This document shows positions 50,195 through 62,939 of a stretch of 64,000 nt of DNA, in pieces. The translations under genes were made by a program, and so were the position numbers. Numbering within the stretch: the first letter of the stretch is position 1; each line of letters opens with the position of its first letter. Location of the stretch: NCBI RefSeq assembly GCF_036321535.1, contig NC_087437.1, positions 19,718,001 to 19,782,000 on the forward strand, in the 5' to 3' direction. The notes beneath the pieces are model-generated. The model saw nothing but the letters and a program-made list of their open reading frames with translations. It was not told the origin of the DNA and did not search any database. Source of the DNA: Camelus dromedarius. Lineage: Eukaryota.

Positions 50195-50370
50195 AAAATA
50201 ATAGCTACCCTTTATTGCCTGTCTTTATTGCATGCTTGTGTGCTACTGGGTATTGCGCTGTGTTATCTCATTACTTTTCACCCCAGCCCTTTGAGGGAGT
50301 ATGATCGGAGGGCCTCGAGGGGCTCAGATCTTGCCCTTTGTAAGTGGCAAAGCTGGGCGTCTAACCTTCA
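50195..50370 (-). mobile_element. Diverged MIR
   Basis: AATAATAGCTACC.TTTATTG...TTATCTCATT...CAGCCCTTTGAGG...GTAAGTGGCAAAGCTGGG. Confidence 0.6.
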
Positions 50371-51179
50371 GTTTCCAGCAGGCAGCCCCCAGCCCCTACA
50401 TCCCTTCACTTGACACAGGGTCCAGCATTCTCTGAGGAGGGGATTTGCTCTGTCCACCCCTGCTGCCCTCGTCTGTGGAGCACAGGTAGCTTTCTGTTAA
50501 GTCTAGTAGCAGAGATTCTGTTTTCCCCTCCCCTTCAGCCCAGACTGTTGAGACCCTAACTTAAATGTTCTCTGTTGCTCTGGGCGGGTCTCCCCTGTCC
50601 TGCTTTTCTTTCTGGAATTGTGCCTTCCCGTGTTTCTTGATCAAGCTCAGCTCTGCCCTTAGCGACAGGTCGTTGTTGCTGTGTTCTCTCCTGGCTGTTA
50701 GGAGAGGTAAGTCTTGGGGTGGATTAATGCAGCTCTGGCACCAGAACACAGAGCGCCAGAGAGCTGGGTTTATCGGCAGCATCCATCACACACCTGGGGG
50801 CTGGTTATGGGCTGGTGTTCCTGGACCATATTTGAAAGATGCAGAGATGCCTGAGACACAGGGTTGCTGTAAGGGCTGGGTATCTACAAAGAAGATACAC
50901 TTGCTCATCCTCAGTGACTGTTCTCGGGTTCTCTGCTTGGCTTAAGGATGGATCATACACACCTGTTATCTAGCTTGATGCTGTTTAAAAGATCCCCCTT
51001 GGCACAGACGTCCTAGAAAAGGGAAGCATCCTTATTGATGTTAGTTCTTCTATCTTTTGGAGAGTCAACTATTTTTAATAATCCAGTTAAAGAAAACTGG
51101 AAGTATAACTACCTTTTCCTTTCTGCTTACACCATTTGAAAAGATCTTAAGCAATGGCCATGCTGGGACCCTGCAGACC

Positions 51180-51350
51180 ACTGGTGGCGTGGTGCTTTGG
51201 CAACACGTATTAACTGATTCTTGAAGTGTTAATACCCTCACGCAGTAATTAGAGTCCTGGAAATTTACCCTAGGGAAAGAATATGAGAAATGGACAAAAA
51301 CTTATATTGAAAATGTTAATGATGGCATGACCCAATGGCAGCAAACCGCG
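51180..51350 (+). mobile_element. Old L1ME fragment
   Basis: TTTGGCAAC...ATACCCT...CAGTAATT...CCTGGAAATTTACCCTAGGGAAA. Confidence 0.55.
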
Positions 51351-52434
51351 GATGGCAAGTGGAACCACTGAAAACAGCCAGTGAAGCTCATCACACTCAT
51401 ATTTTAGCTCAACCCCCAAGGGGCCCCACCTTTCTCATCAGCCAGGGTCTCCTTCCAAGGGCTGCTTGCCATGATGTCTTTGGTTTGGAGCTTCTACTTT
51501 ATAGATAATGGAAATATGGTAGAAAAGGAAGAGCGCTTCCTTAGGACTCCTTTTCTGCAAGCCAGCCAGCAGCACAGTGACACCACTGCTGGTAGTGGGA
51601 TTTGTCCACCACGTGCAGGGGAAGGTGTCCAGGTCTCCTGCCTTCAGGGCTCTGGGTCCTTCTGGTGAGGCCTGTTGAGGCACCAGACACACAAAAAAAC
51701 AAATTGCACACCTTGAGTAAAAAAAAAACAAAAAACTTAGAAGCACCAAACCCCTCTGAGTTCAGCTTCTGAGCTGTAGGAGCTGGAATACCTTGAGCAG
51801 GTGGCTTTTGATTTTGTGTTTGGAAACCTGTCCTACCTGTGTGGCAGCTTCAGTTGGTCCTGACAACTCCAGTCAGTGATGAGAGAGGAAGCAGGCAGCG
51901 TCTCTGACAGGGAAAGAGGAGGTTCTGTCTGAATTCTCAGAGGAGTGAGAATGGTCTAGATTCCAACTTAGCACTGGGAGGCGGGCCCGCTCTCTCCCGG
52001 CTTTTCTAGTTGTCTTAGCGTCATACAGCTGGCACTTTCTAAAGACACCTTAATGGGAATGCTGCTTTGGGGACCCAGGGACACTTGCTGAGCAAGATGG
52101 AGCTGTTGTAGCTCCTGCCTTCGCCGCCCTGCGCCATGTTTTCCTCTCAGGGAAGCGCTGACTTAGAGCCACCAGTTGGCGTGACAAACATTCCCTTCAC
52201 CTCATTGGGCCCAGTTAGACCCTCCCTTTGATTTTCATGCATTAAAACAACAAAGAAACAAGAGAAAAAAAGAAAAAAGAAATCATGCTAGTCTTCACAA
52301 AGATGGGCAACCTTCAACTGGGTGGAATTTTAAAGTATGGTGTTGAGAGCAAAGTCCCAACATAATGAAAAGAACCCTCAAATACAGTGACTCCTTGGTC
52401 TATATCCCATAATATTTGTGCAGCATCAGGACAT

Positions 52435-52745
52435 AGTCAGTTTCTACTCCTCAGATGTCTATTAAGCATCTGTGATGTGCTGGTTGCTCTGCTAGATTGT
52501 GAGATGCAAGGATGAAGAAGAGATAACCCTTACCCCCAGGGTTTCATAGTCTTCATGGGGAGACCAAGATGTGAACAGACATCTGGAGGCTCTGGGAGCA
52601 TGAGGAGGGGCTGCTAACCTGGACTCTCTGTGGGATTAGGCAGGCTTCCTGGATGAGGCAAGGTGATACTGTAGGGGGGGCAAGGCATGGGGAGGATGCT
52701 CAAGCAGAGAAAGTTCAAGAAGTCACCAGAGAGCATGGCAGGGCT
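52435..52745 (-). mobile_element. L2 3' region
   Basis: TATTAAGCATCTGTGATGTGC...TCTGGGAGCATGAGGAGGG...AGGCAGGCTTCCTGGA. Confidence 0.75.
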
Positions 52746-52805
52746 TAGCTACTGGGGAGCTAAGTGTTATCCCTGTGCAAATAAGTCTTCTGGATTTGGA
52801 GATTA

Positions 52806-52884
52806 TTTTTTTATGGAGGTATTGGGGATTGAACACAGAACCTCGCACATGCTAAGCGTATGCTCTACCACTGACCTATACTCC
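52806..52884 (-). mobile_element. Short tRNA-Ala(AGC)-derived retroposon (vic-1-type head plus A tail; not a functional tRNA)
   Basis: Reverse strand GGAGTATAGGTCAGTGGTAGAGCATACGCTTAGCATGTGCGAGGTTCTGTGTTCAATCCCCAATACCTCCAT+A tail; flanks TGGAGATT / TGGAAATT. Confidence 0.88.
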
Positions 52885-54420
52885 ATGGAAATTTTTATAT
52901 GAATAAAAATCAGGGGTCTGGGGCTTGCAACACAGATGGATTTGCATGGCAATTACTTAGTCACCCTTGGTAAGTTCAAGGACAGAATATGATAGACACG
53001 TGTCATCTCGTGTGTTTAATATGGAAAGGAGTCCAGCCACACTCCGTCCTCAGCAGGTGCAGGGAAAGCCCGCTGCCCTGGGACAGGCCCCGTCATTTGC
53101 TTTTCAACGTAGGGAGCACTTGGACTGCTTTTACTTAGTCCATCCTCACAGACGCCATTGAGGACAGAAATGATAGCCAGCCCAGGTCACACCGGTGAAA
53201 AATGTTGGGTCCAGGGCCTCTCTGGGGTTCCAGCTCTGATGTGGCAGCGCCTACCAGCACCCTCGTCCTCTGCCTGTCTTGGCTGCAGGTGTGGTGTGGG
53301 CCTCACAGGCACCTTTGCAGCCCCCTAGGGCCCCACGCTGCAGGGTCAGGATGCCCCTCCTCCGCATCCTCTCCTGCTCACTTTTCTCCCGTGCTCCGGG
53401 GCTGTGGTTTTCATCTCCCCCCGCCTTTGGGAGAGTTTTCACTCCTGCGTGGGTTTCTGCTCCCCACTTGCAGAACGCCAGCGCCCTCTGCATGAGGCTG
53501 TGCCCCTTACCGCCGCATGGCCTGTCACTGAGCTCTCCCACTCTCCACTCCTCCATCTCCCTTTGCGCTCTGCCTGCCTTCATTTCTCCACGCCGGAAGT
53601 AAAGGCTGCTTTCTGGAGAGTTCTCAGAACCTGCACCAGTAGACACATCCCAGAACCTCCCTGAGCCCTCCGATTTCTTAGCTTTAAAAGAGACGGGTGG
53701 TGAGAATCAATTGGGATCATGTGTTCAACAGTTCTGCACTGAGCCTACTGCATCTGGGGTGCTGACAAGTGACAAGCTCCTTCTCCCGCCCCACATTGGG
53801 CTAACCTACCACCGCAAGACTTCTCCCACCCACCTTGCAGTCCACAGTACTCTCCAATGTCCTCCCTTCTAAAGTCCCTGCCAGCAAAGGTGTAATCCAC
53901 GTGCAGTGAGTTAGCAGATTTGACAAGAGTGATATGAAAGTTTTAGAAGTATCGCTTTATGCAAAAATTTGGAACGCATTTGGCTCTCCCTTATTTTTTT
54001 CCTTACAAATTGCACGATTGCAAAGCCAGCTGGCTGAACTGTAAACTGCGCTCACCCTTGAACTGGTAAGCAGAAAGACCCCATTTTTGGTCCACATCCT
54101 GGGCATCCTTTTGTTGCTTGCATGCATTGGCAGGCTGCTAGGCGTTTTGGTAACCACTGGGCTGTGACTTTAATTATTATCATCGGAATCCTTTTTTTAA
54201 TACCCTGTAAGGGTATAAATATCATTCATGTGTTCATTAAGAATCATTACTTGTCCTGAAAATTGCATCTGAATGTCAATAAGTTTGGACCTGATGAAAT
54301 ACCAGGAGGAGGCCAGGCCACTGCCATGATATGCTGTCCAGTAACATAGGGGCGAGGACTCTGTGGAATATGTGGACCAGTGCTGAAAAAATAAAAAGCA
54401 GCTTTAAAATAAAATATGTA

Positions 54421-54664
54421 GGATAAATTAGGGGTTGGCGATTAAGAGATACACGTTACCATATATAAAATAGATAAACAACAAGGACCTACTATGTAGC
54501 ACAGGGAACTATATTCAATTTCTTATTCTAATGTATAATGGAAAAGAATCTGAAAAGAAAAAACACATATATGTATGTATATATATAACTGAGTCACTTT
54601 GCTGTACACCTGAAACTAACATTATAAATCAACTACACTTCAATAAAAAATTTTAAAATAAAAT
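54421..54664 (+). mobile_element. 5'-truncated L1 3' end with target-site duplication
   Basis: Same 3'UTR type as 6981. TSD AAAATAAAATATG(T/C)A at 54406-54420 and 54665-54679, at a TT|AAAA site. Confidence 0.93.
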
Positions 54665-55059
54665 AAAATAAAATATGCAAGAGTATTTGCAGATTTATGT
54701 GCTTGCAGGTTTCATCTCCCTTACTTTGTACTTTTCCGTAGGTCTGGAAATGTGGCTGTTTTAAATTGTCTGACACCTTCAGAAATGCACCCTTTGCTTA
54801 AAATGCAATTGTCCTGCAGAATCAAAGCAGTCACGCATCATGTAAAAGGTGATCCTAACTTTTTACTGCCAAGTTCCTGGTCTGTCAATAATTAAGTAAC
54901 TAAATGCTTAATAAAAAGGAGAGGGCTCACCACAGGGCCCAAGGTGGAAGCCCACCTGCGTGTGTGAGAGCCAGACAGGTAGCTACTGTGTGACACAGGT
55001 AGGCTCAGGGAGGTGCCAGACAGGATGCCCTTGGAGTTCTCAGTGGAGTGGTTTAACTC

Positions 55060-55358
55060 ACATTTCTCCCAAAGGTACCATAACTACCATTGTTGGCACC
55101 CAGAATGGCTTTAAAAATGGGTATAGAGATAAACCATTTTTATGTTAATAGCTATGTCTTTATTTTAATATTGTCTTAAAGCCTAGCTAGCTTATCAAAC
55201 TCATGATATAAAGTTACCTTTTTAAAATAAAATTATTTCAATGAACAATATAGGTCTATGTAAAGAAATACTTTAAGTAAGTACTACTACAGGTGGTGCA
55301 TTGCAATAGCAGAAATCGTGAGAGAATTATGAAAGCGATGGAAGTTTGGAAAATGTTG
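55060..55358. mobile_element. hAT-Charlie element (MER113-like)
   Basis: TACAGGTGGTGC...GCAGAAATCGTGA...GAAGTTTGGAAAATGTTG terminus. Confidence 0.6.
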
Positions 55359-55917
55359 ATTTTAGCTTGTTTAGTTAAATATGGGTGTCATGTTGATGGA
55401 AATGCAGGCAAGCACGTATTGTTCTTTTGGGGCAATATATCGCATAATTGGATGTACTACTATTTTATATGTGGCTAATTTCAGAAGCTAAACAACCATA
55501 TCTATTAAATGCTATTTTATTTGATTAATAAAAAAGCTAGATTGTTTTAGGATTGAATAAATATAAAATGCTAATTGGATATAAAATGCTTATTTATGTG
55601 ATCATAGGCATTGCCATAAAATTATAAGACAGTTATTACTGTTTAATATTGCCTTAATTAGAAGTCCTCTTCCAAAAGTTAGAAGACAATAAGCTGCTCC
55701 CCATAGCTGTTCCCGAGGAACCAAAGTGATGTTGCAATGAGATCAGAAGTCAGAATAGAACAGGGGTATTTTCTTTTTCCCTAGAAGGCATAGGGAGATG
55801 TTAAGTTGTACTTTTGAAGGCCAGGGTTTAAATAGACTGCCACAGAGTTGTTGGATTGAATTTATTTATGGAATGTCCACTATGTGCCATGCTCTGTTAG
55901 GTCTCTGTGGTGATGTT

Positions 55918-56150
55918 TATATGAGCCAAGATTGTTTCAGGAGCAAATAATAGAAAACCTAACTCAAACTAGTGCAAACAAACAGACAAAGGATTTATAT
56001 AGGTCCATATGTGAAAAGTCTAGGTGTGGAGTTCAGGCATGGCTGAATCCAGGTGCTCAGGCGATATTAGGACATGGCTTCCTCCATCTCTCAGCTCTGC
56101 TTTCTTCTTTACTCTCCAAGGTTCTCTCCCCATGGTAGCCCCTAACTACA
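55918..56150 (-). mobile_element. ERVL-MaLR LTR fragment (MLT1K/L-like)
   Basis: AGAAAACCTAACTCAAACTAG, TGAAAAGTCTAGG, TTCAGGCATGGCTGAATCCAGG, CCATCTCTCAGCTCTGCTTT. Confidence 0.75.
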
Positions 56151-57027
56151 TGAGCTTCACTTGGGAGAGGACGCTGCGAGGCACACTAGCATCTATTAGG
56201 GTTCAAGACTGCATGTGGTGTAGAAAAGTCATTTCTCCTCTCCCACTTCCCCTGTTGCTTGCTACTCTGTCTCAGGGTGCTCATGCACCCTTTGAGTTCC
56301 CCTCTCTTGCACCCTATTGGGATGAACAGGGAGTTAATAGTTTCATGTTCTCTACTTGTAGTCCTGCCTCTCTTCCCCAGCCCATCTTCAATTCCTCTAC
56401 AAGGGAGGAGGGCAGGTTGGCCAGCACCTGAAATCTTAATTGGGCCACAGTTCCTGGCATAGGTGTGGTTGGGGAGGAGTGGCAGCAACAACTGGTGTAA
56501 ATCTGGGGTGCAGGCCTTCTTTCTCTAGAGAGATCTAGCCTGGCCTTTCCTTCTTTTCCAAGAATACTTCTTGTGGGTAATTTAGGCCACACCCTTTTTC
56601 TGGGCCTGGTGGTCTCTCCTTCTCTTTCTGTTCCTACCTGCAGAGGTTCTGGAACACACTGATTCCAAGATACAGATCCAAGTGGCTGTAGAGCCATGTG
56701 GCCTCTGCCTTATGTCCCAACTCAGCCTATGTCACAGACCCCTGTGCTGGGAGACCCCAGGGGGCCTTTTGCTTCCCCATTACCACTGCTTCCTTCCCTG
56801 ACCTGCAAGGGAGATGGGGGGTGAGTTATGCCAGCATCCAGCTAATCCTGGGTCTATGGATAATGAGCAAGTGGGCACCAAGACCTCACCTTAATCTTCC
56901 AAAACCCCATCCAAAGAGTATGTCCCTACTTCTCCTACTTCCCCTCCAAAAACTCATATACTGTACCAGCACTTTCCTGAGTGTTAATTTATTAACACTG
57001 ATCAATTTATTAACACAACCCAAACAG

Positions 57028-57210
57028 TGGACCCAAGTGTGGGCTTTGTGGGCAAATATATCTTGATTTAGATCCTGATTTTGCAACAAACCAGTTATAT
57101 GATGTTGGGCCAATTTAAGTCTTGATTTTAAGTCTTAGCTTACTCATTTGTCAAATGGGGATAAAAATACTTACCTAGTCGGGTTGGGAGAGACTGACAA
57201 AAGTGTGTGA
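57028..57210 (+). mobile_element. MIR SINE
   Basis: GTGGGCTTTG...GATCCTGATTTTGC...CTCATTTGTCAAATGGGGATAAAAATACTTACC. Confidence 0.75.
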
Positions 57211-57689
57211 TGACTGAGTGGTAAGTGGCAGGCTGCTGCCCAGAGAGACTTGTGACCAGTCTGTGAATCTGTAGAGGTGGGGCTGGTCCCCACAAGCTGC
57301 TTGCTGGGTCCTTCCTGGGCAACCCCATTGCTTGCTGTTGTCTAAGCTACAGGACATTTGCAGTGAGGTCATCACCAGGATTTAGGGAGGGTCCACTGAA
57401 GTGCTGACTTAGCCTGGCTCAGTCCAGGGATGCTGGCCTGTCTGCCCTTCCTCCCCACCAGGGTCAGGGGTGGACAGCAATGATCACTCACAGATTTTTA
57501 GGCAGACCCGGCACTTTTGTGCTGTGCCTGAACCATCCAAGTCTTGGTTTTGAGCACTGTGTCTTCCTGGCCCGAAGTGCGTTTGCCTCCAAGAAATTTC
57601 AACTTGCCTTTACCCAGTCTCATCTTTGAGTTGGCTTAGAAACTGCCAGTGACCTTTCCTTGTGTTTCTGTAATGTTCTATACTCTCTG

Positions 57690-57775
57690 TCATACTTTCA
57701 CATCCATATTACTTAATCCTTACACCATCTTGGTAGGTGTTATATCATTTGGCAGATGAGGAAACGGAGACGTGA
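57690..57775 (-). mobile_element. MIR fragment
   Basis: TTAATCCTTACA...GGTAGGTG...CATTTGGCAGATGAGGAAACGGAG. Confidence 0.7.
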
Positions 57776-59279
57776 TGTCTCACTTCCGATATCTTAATTT
57801 CTGACCTCATGCCTACTCTATTGCTCTGAGTCACCACATCAGGCATTCTGTCTTTATTATTCCTACACAGAGATGATTTTTTGTGAGGTCTGAATGCTTT
57901 TATTATTCTGCCCTAGTTGAGATCCTGAACTGTAAGCAAACCTTTCCGAATGCGCAGTGCCCTTGAGAAGACTGGTTCCCTTTGCCTTTCCCGCCACCAA
58001 CTACTCCCTCCTCCAGCCTCTGCTCCTATTCAGTGCGTATATGATATTAACACCAGGTGCATCCTTCCTGTACCGATTTCCTATTGCTTACCTGAAACTC
58101 TTAGATTGGAGACATCAATTAGGCGATCAACAGCATTTAGTGAGAATATAGTCTGCCCCATACACTGCTAGGAAGTGGAAGTGCTGTAGGAATTATGAGA
58201 TGTTTCCCTTGCCACTAAGGAGTTTACAAGAGAGAGATGGTCCTTATAATTTCTTCCCCTTCTTTCCTTCCTTAGAATCCTGATATCCTTCCTAAATGGT
58301 TCAGGTCTCAGGCTCAAAAGCTTTTGGCTTTTAATCAAAAGAAAACCATGCATCATTGGTGTCTGACCTTTATCTCTCTGAAGTTTGTGGGGTGCCTGTT
58401 CTGAGCTGTGGTTCTGACTTTGAGATGCTTTGGGGGCATTTGGAGAGTTGAAGGCTGGTGACATCAGCCATATCCCTGGGTCTTCCTTAGCATCCGTCTG
58501 TCCCTGCTGAGGTCCTGCTTGGCGGTGAACATCCAGGGATGTGTTAGAGGAATCACATTTCTTTACTGAGCTCTGAGCATCCAATTTTCCCTCCAGGACC
58601 CCAAATGACCCAGTCACCCATGAACAGAGATATTTCTTTGGGAAATTGGTTTTCATTTCCAGCCTCCACACCTCACAGAATAGCATATTTCCTACATGTC
58701 AAGTTAAATACACTGTTGTCTTTCCTGATTTTCCCTTCCTCTTGGGAACCAAGCAGCCAGCGTCTTGTGCCCAGGGCTTTGTCAACCAGGGAGCCACATG
58801 GCAGTTTTGGGGACTTTGAATCCTGCTCCACCAGCTAACTTTTCTCCTTTCTCTTACTTGTGATCCTTTGAACTCTTCTCTGATTTGTCTGTAGTTCTGA
58901 CATCCTGATTGGGCTTCTTTGTACAGAACTCAGCCACTTTTCCTCATGCTCCATCCCAAATGGCTGTGGGGAGAGCTGTGTAGAGAAGGAGCGTGAAGTC
59001 TCAGCAGATCCATTATTGATGTCTGTCATGGGCATGACAAGGATAAGTAGTCGTTCCTGCTCTCTGTGTTCAGGTATAAAGGGGGGGATGGAAAACCTCT
59101 GGCTACAGATTTCCCACCTGCAGCAATGTGGACGATGGACAGGTACTTTATAATGGCAGTGTTTGGCAACTGCCAATAATCCATTTCACCTGTATCCCAG
59201 ATTTTTCAAATTGGACCTTAGATATACAGAATTGGATTAATCATAGTTCTTTTCATGACACACTCTTCTCATTGGGCCT

Positions 59280-60723
59280 CTTTTATTTATTAAAAATATA
59301 AGACACACTGTGAACTCACAACTCAAACCAAGAATTGTATATTATCAATAATTTGCATCTCCCCATGTGCTCGTCCCTCATCCCAGTTCTATCCCCCCCA
59401 TACCCCAGAGACATGACTGTGATTCTGAATGTTAAGATTATTATTCCCTTGTTTCTTTTTTAAGTTTTTCAAAAATCACACATGATACCTAAAACTCAAA
59501 TTGTTTAGTTTTACTTGTATTGAACTTTATTTTTAAAAAGTACCTTACTGGATATTATCTTCTGGGACTTTTTTACCTGCCAACTTTAAGATGTTACTGT
59601 ATCTGTTTAATATTCCAGTGTGTGAAATATACACACTTCATTTATTCATTCTGCTGTTGATGGGGCTTTGAATGGGTGACTGTCCAGATTTACAAGATGA
59701 TGCCAAATTACTTTTCAAAATACTTGTATCATTTTATATTCCTACTGGTGATGGGTAAAGTATCCACATTAAACTGCATTCTCTCAAACACTGAGTATTT
59801 TCAGCCTTCTTATTTTTCCAGTTGAATGAATGTACAATGAAGTCTTGTGATCTTGATTTCCAATTTCCTGGTTGCTACTAAGGCTTAGCATTTCTTCATA
59901 TGTTATTGTCTATAAGTGTTTTTGATTCTGTGGAAGTACCTGGTAATGTATGTTGCTAATTTTCCTATTGGATTGTTTGTGTTTTTCTTATTTTTTATAG
60001 GTGTTTTTCATAGTTTTGATACTAATTCTTTATTGGTCGTCTATTCCACAGATACCTTCTCTGGGTTGTGGCTTGTCCTTTTTCTTTCTTTGAGTCATCT
60101 TTTGATGAACAAAAGGTTTTAATTTTGATGAAACTTAATGTATCAATCTTTTGTTTCAGTGCTAGAACTTTCTTAATCTTGCTTAGGAATTCGTTTCTTA
60201 TTCCAAAGACAGAAAGATAGATGACAGATAAACACACAGCATCAGTTGATTTTTGTGAATGATGAGTTAGAGATCCAATTTCAGTTTTTACACATGGAGA
60301 ACCACACTTCCCAGCTCCATGGATTGAATTACCCTCTCTTTTCCCCTGTGATGATCATGCTGTCTCTTTCAAATATTAAAGTTCCACTTACGTGAAGATG
60401 TCTTCTTGGGCTCTCTATTCTGGTTCATTAGTCGTTTTTTCTAGTCCTATACCAACACCCTTCTGTATTAATTACCACACCTCTATATTTAGTCTGTGTA
60501 GTTTTTGTATCTGGTAAGGTTAGTCCTTTACTTTGTTCTTCTGCAGAGGTGGTGGGGCTGTGCTTTGTCTGTTTCTCTTCAATACACATTTAGAGTCAAT
60601 TTCTCAAGTCCCGCTTTTGTTTCTGAATGGAGTTACATTAAATTTATAGACCAGATTTGGAAATGCTGCCATTTCTCTAATGATTGAAACATCCTTTCCA
60701 TGAATGTGGTATATCTCTCCATG
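59280..60723 (-). mobile_element. Old L1 (L1ME-like), about 1.4 kb
   Basis: CATTCTGCTGTTGATGG, TGCCAAATT, TTTTCCTATTGG.TTGTTTG, TCTTTTGATGAACAAAAGGTTTTAATTTTGATG, GGGCTCTCTATTCTG, CCATGAATGTGGTATATCTCTCCAT. Confidence 0.88.
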
Positions 60724-60840
60724 AGGGGGAAACCAGGAGATGAGAGTTTTCATAGAGCCCTGGAATGACCAGGCACGTGTTTTGACAGTAGTGCCACCTT
60801 CTTTCTTCTTGCCAGTCGGAGGTTTGTGTGGTCTTATATT

Positions 60841-60862
60841 AAAAAAAAAAAAAAAAAAAAAA
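60841..60862. repeat. Poly(A) homopolymer
   Basis: 22 consecutive A. Confidence 0.95.
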
Positions 60863-60899
60863 TCATGGACATCTGGCTAAAAAGTTTTCTTTCTGGCTC

Positions 60900-61220
60900 C
60901 CAGGGGGGTTGTGAGAATTAAGATGTAACCATGTCTGTAGAGTGTCTGGTGCTGTGTCTGGTCCAGGGCGATACCTCAATAATGGAAACAGAGCATGCTG
61001 CCAGGAAACGATGCTCCCTGAGCTTAGGAATCACCCAGACCTGGCTTTGCATCCTTGCACCTACTGACTAGGAGGCCTGGAGCAGGGACCTCACATCTCC
61101 TGACCTCAGTGTCCTTTACTGAAACTGAGGATAGTAGTACCATAACACAGGGCTCTGAAGGTTCTTTAAGGCGTGCAGTTCAGTGTTTGGTGCTTCGTGC
61201 CAGATGGGAGGTCAGTAAAG
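60900..61220 (+). mobile_element. Two adjacent MIR fragments
   Basis: GGGTTGTGAGAATTAA...CTCAATAA, then CAGACCTGG...CCTCAGTGTCCT...GAGGATAGTAGTACC. Confidence 0.65.
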
Positions 61221-62393
61221 AGTGGTGCCCTTCCCTGAATAGCAGCCAGGCCAGGACATTGACCGTCTCCCTTCAGCTTCAGGAACTGCAGGGGCCCTTC
61301 CCGTCACCTGCCCTGCCTTACCCTGCCCCGGCCCAGACTGGTCTCAGAGCTGACAGCCCCATTTCCTCAGCAAAGTTCTAACTTACATTCTAGTCACACA
61401 CAGAAGCCACACAATATCTAAATAGGTTTCTGGAAACCTTGAGGCCAAGTTTAAAATGAGATTACCTCTGATGGGAAGAGAAGGAGCTCCAGACTCAGCT
61501 TCTCCTCTTCTACCTGGACCTTGTGATTTTCATTGTTCCAAAGCCTCCAGTGGCCCCATTATGTTTGCCTGTCCCCAGGGCCTGCCCTGCCGGGGGCACA
61601 CCCATGGCTGTGCCCGCCCTTTGGAGGGGAGCTGTCTCCAGGCAGCAGCCACTTGGGGCAGTCTCTGTGGTGATGGCCCGAGGTGCCTGAAGCCTTCTGA
61701 TCCTCACTCTTGGGGGATCTGGGAAAGGGCAATAAATCCTGCATCCCATACCTGCCTGCTTTGGGCCGCAGGGCTGTTCCTCCACCTGTGCGGCTCTTTA
61801 AGGAGGAATCTGAACCTTGATCGGGGTCCCTGTGGTTATCTGCTTGGTCAGAGAAGGTCAGCTGCGCTGGGAACCTGAAATGGATCTCAGATGTGCCTAA
61901 CGGGGATGTGGCCTGCGAACGTAGTGTTTCTGATCTAGCCCAGTAAGCTCCGATGCAGCGGCTGACAGCCCAAAACCAAATCAGAGACAGACACATTTGT
62001 CCTTTATTTCACTTCCATTAAATACATGAAAAAGCACAACAAGAGAAGTAGGCGATCATAACTTTCATTTTCTGTGTGAATTATCTGTGTGAAACTTTTA
62101 AAATCTGGATCTTCCCTTTTTTCTGAGATCTCTGTTGTCATACAAATGAAAGGTAAGAGACAGCACGTCTAACGAGTGTTGACAAGGTGCTGATCACTCT
62201 GATGGGCACTTTACATAATCATCTCCTTTAAGCTTCGCAGCAATGCTGCGGAGTAGCGATGGTTAACAGCATAACTGCATTGCCGATGAGATGAGGACCT
62301 GGGCCCCAGAGGTTGCTGTTTGGATTCAATCCTCCCAAGTATAAAAGGTGCCTGACATACAGTGGCACTCACCAGACATTGCCCATCCCTCGG

Positions 62394-62545
62394 GTAGTGT
62401 GTAAGAGTTGACCTCATTAGCTGGGTGACCTTGAGGAAGGTATTTAGTTAGTACTCATCTTAGAAGGCTGTTGTGATAAATGCGTTAATATACATGTGAA
62501 ATGTTAAGACTGACACATAGTATGCACTCATTAAACACTAGCTAT
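62394..62545 (+). mobile_element. MIR SINE with internal deletions
   Basis: TTAGCTGGGTGACCTTGAG...GGCTGTTGTGA...TTAATATACATGTGAAATG...GACACATAGTATGCACTCA. Confidence 0.7.
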
Positions 62546-62586
62546 AAATGAGATAATGCACAGTAAATTATAATAATCAATAATTA

Positions 62587-62939
62587 ATACAGTATGAACT
62601 TGTTGTTTATCTATTTTATATATAGTAGTTAGTACCTGCAAATCCTGAACTCCTAATTTATCCCTTCCCACCCTTTTCCCCCTCTGGTAACCACAGGTTT
62701 GTTTTCTATGTCTGTGAGTCTGTTTCTTTGTTGTAAATAAATTCACTTGTCTTTTTTTTAAAGTATGAAACAAGTTCATACTGTATAGCACAGGGAACTA
62801 TGTTCAATATCTTGTAGTCACTTACAATGAAAAAGAATATGAAAACGAATGTATGTACGTTCATGTATGCTGTGCATCAGAAATTGACGCAACATTGTAA
62901 ACTGACTATACTTCAATAAAAATATATATATACAAAAAA
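62587..62939 (+). mobile_element. Younger L1 with 5' inversion (twin priming)
   Basis: Antisense arm 62587-62760, sense 3'UTR 62768-62939, perfect 13-bp TSD AATAATTAATACA (62579-62591 / 62938-62950). Confidence 0.93.

Noticed and set aside
17936..58686. Other long ORFs (17936-18481, 27621-28178, 58168-58686, and similar)
   Set aside because: No recognisable domains, composition typical of random GC-rich frames, and no consistent splice framework.
60841..60862. Poly(A) run as the tail of a processed pseudogene
   Set aside because: No upstream polyadenylation signal, coding remnant or TSD found.
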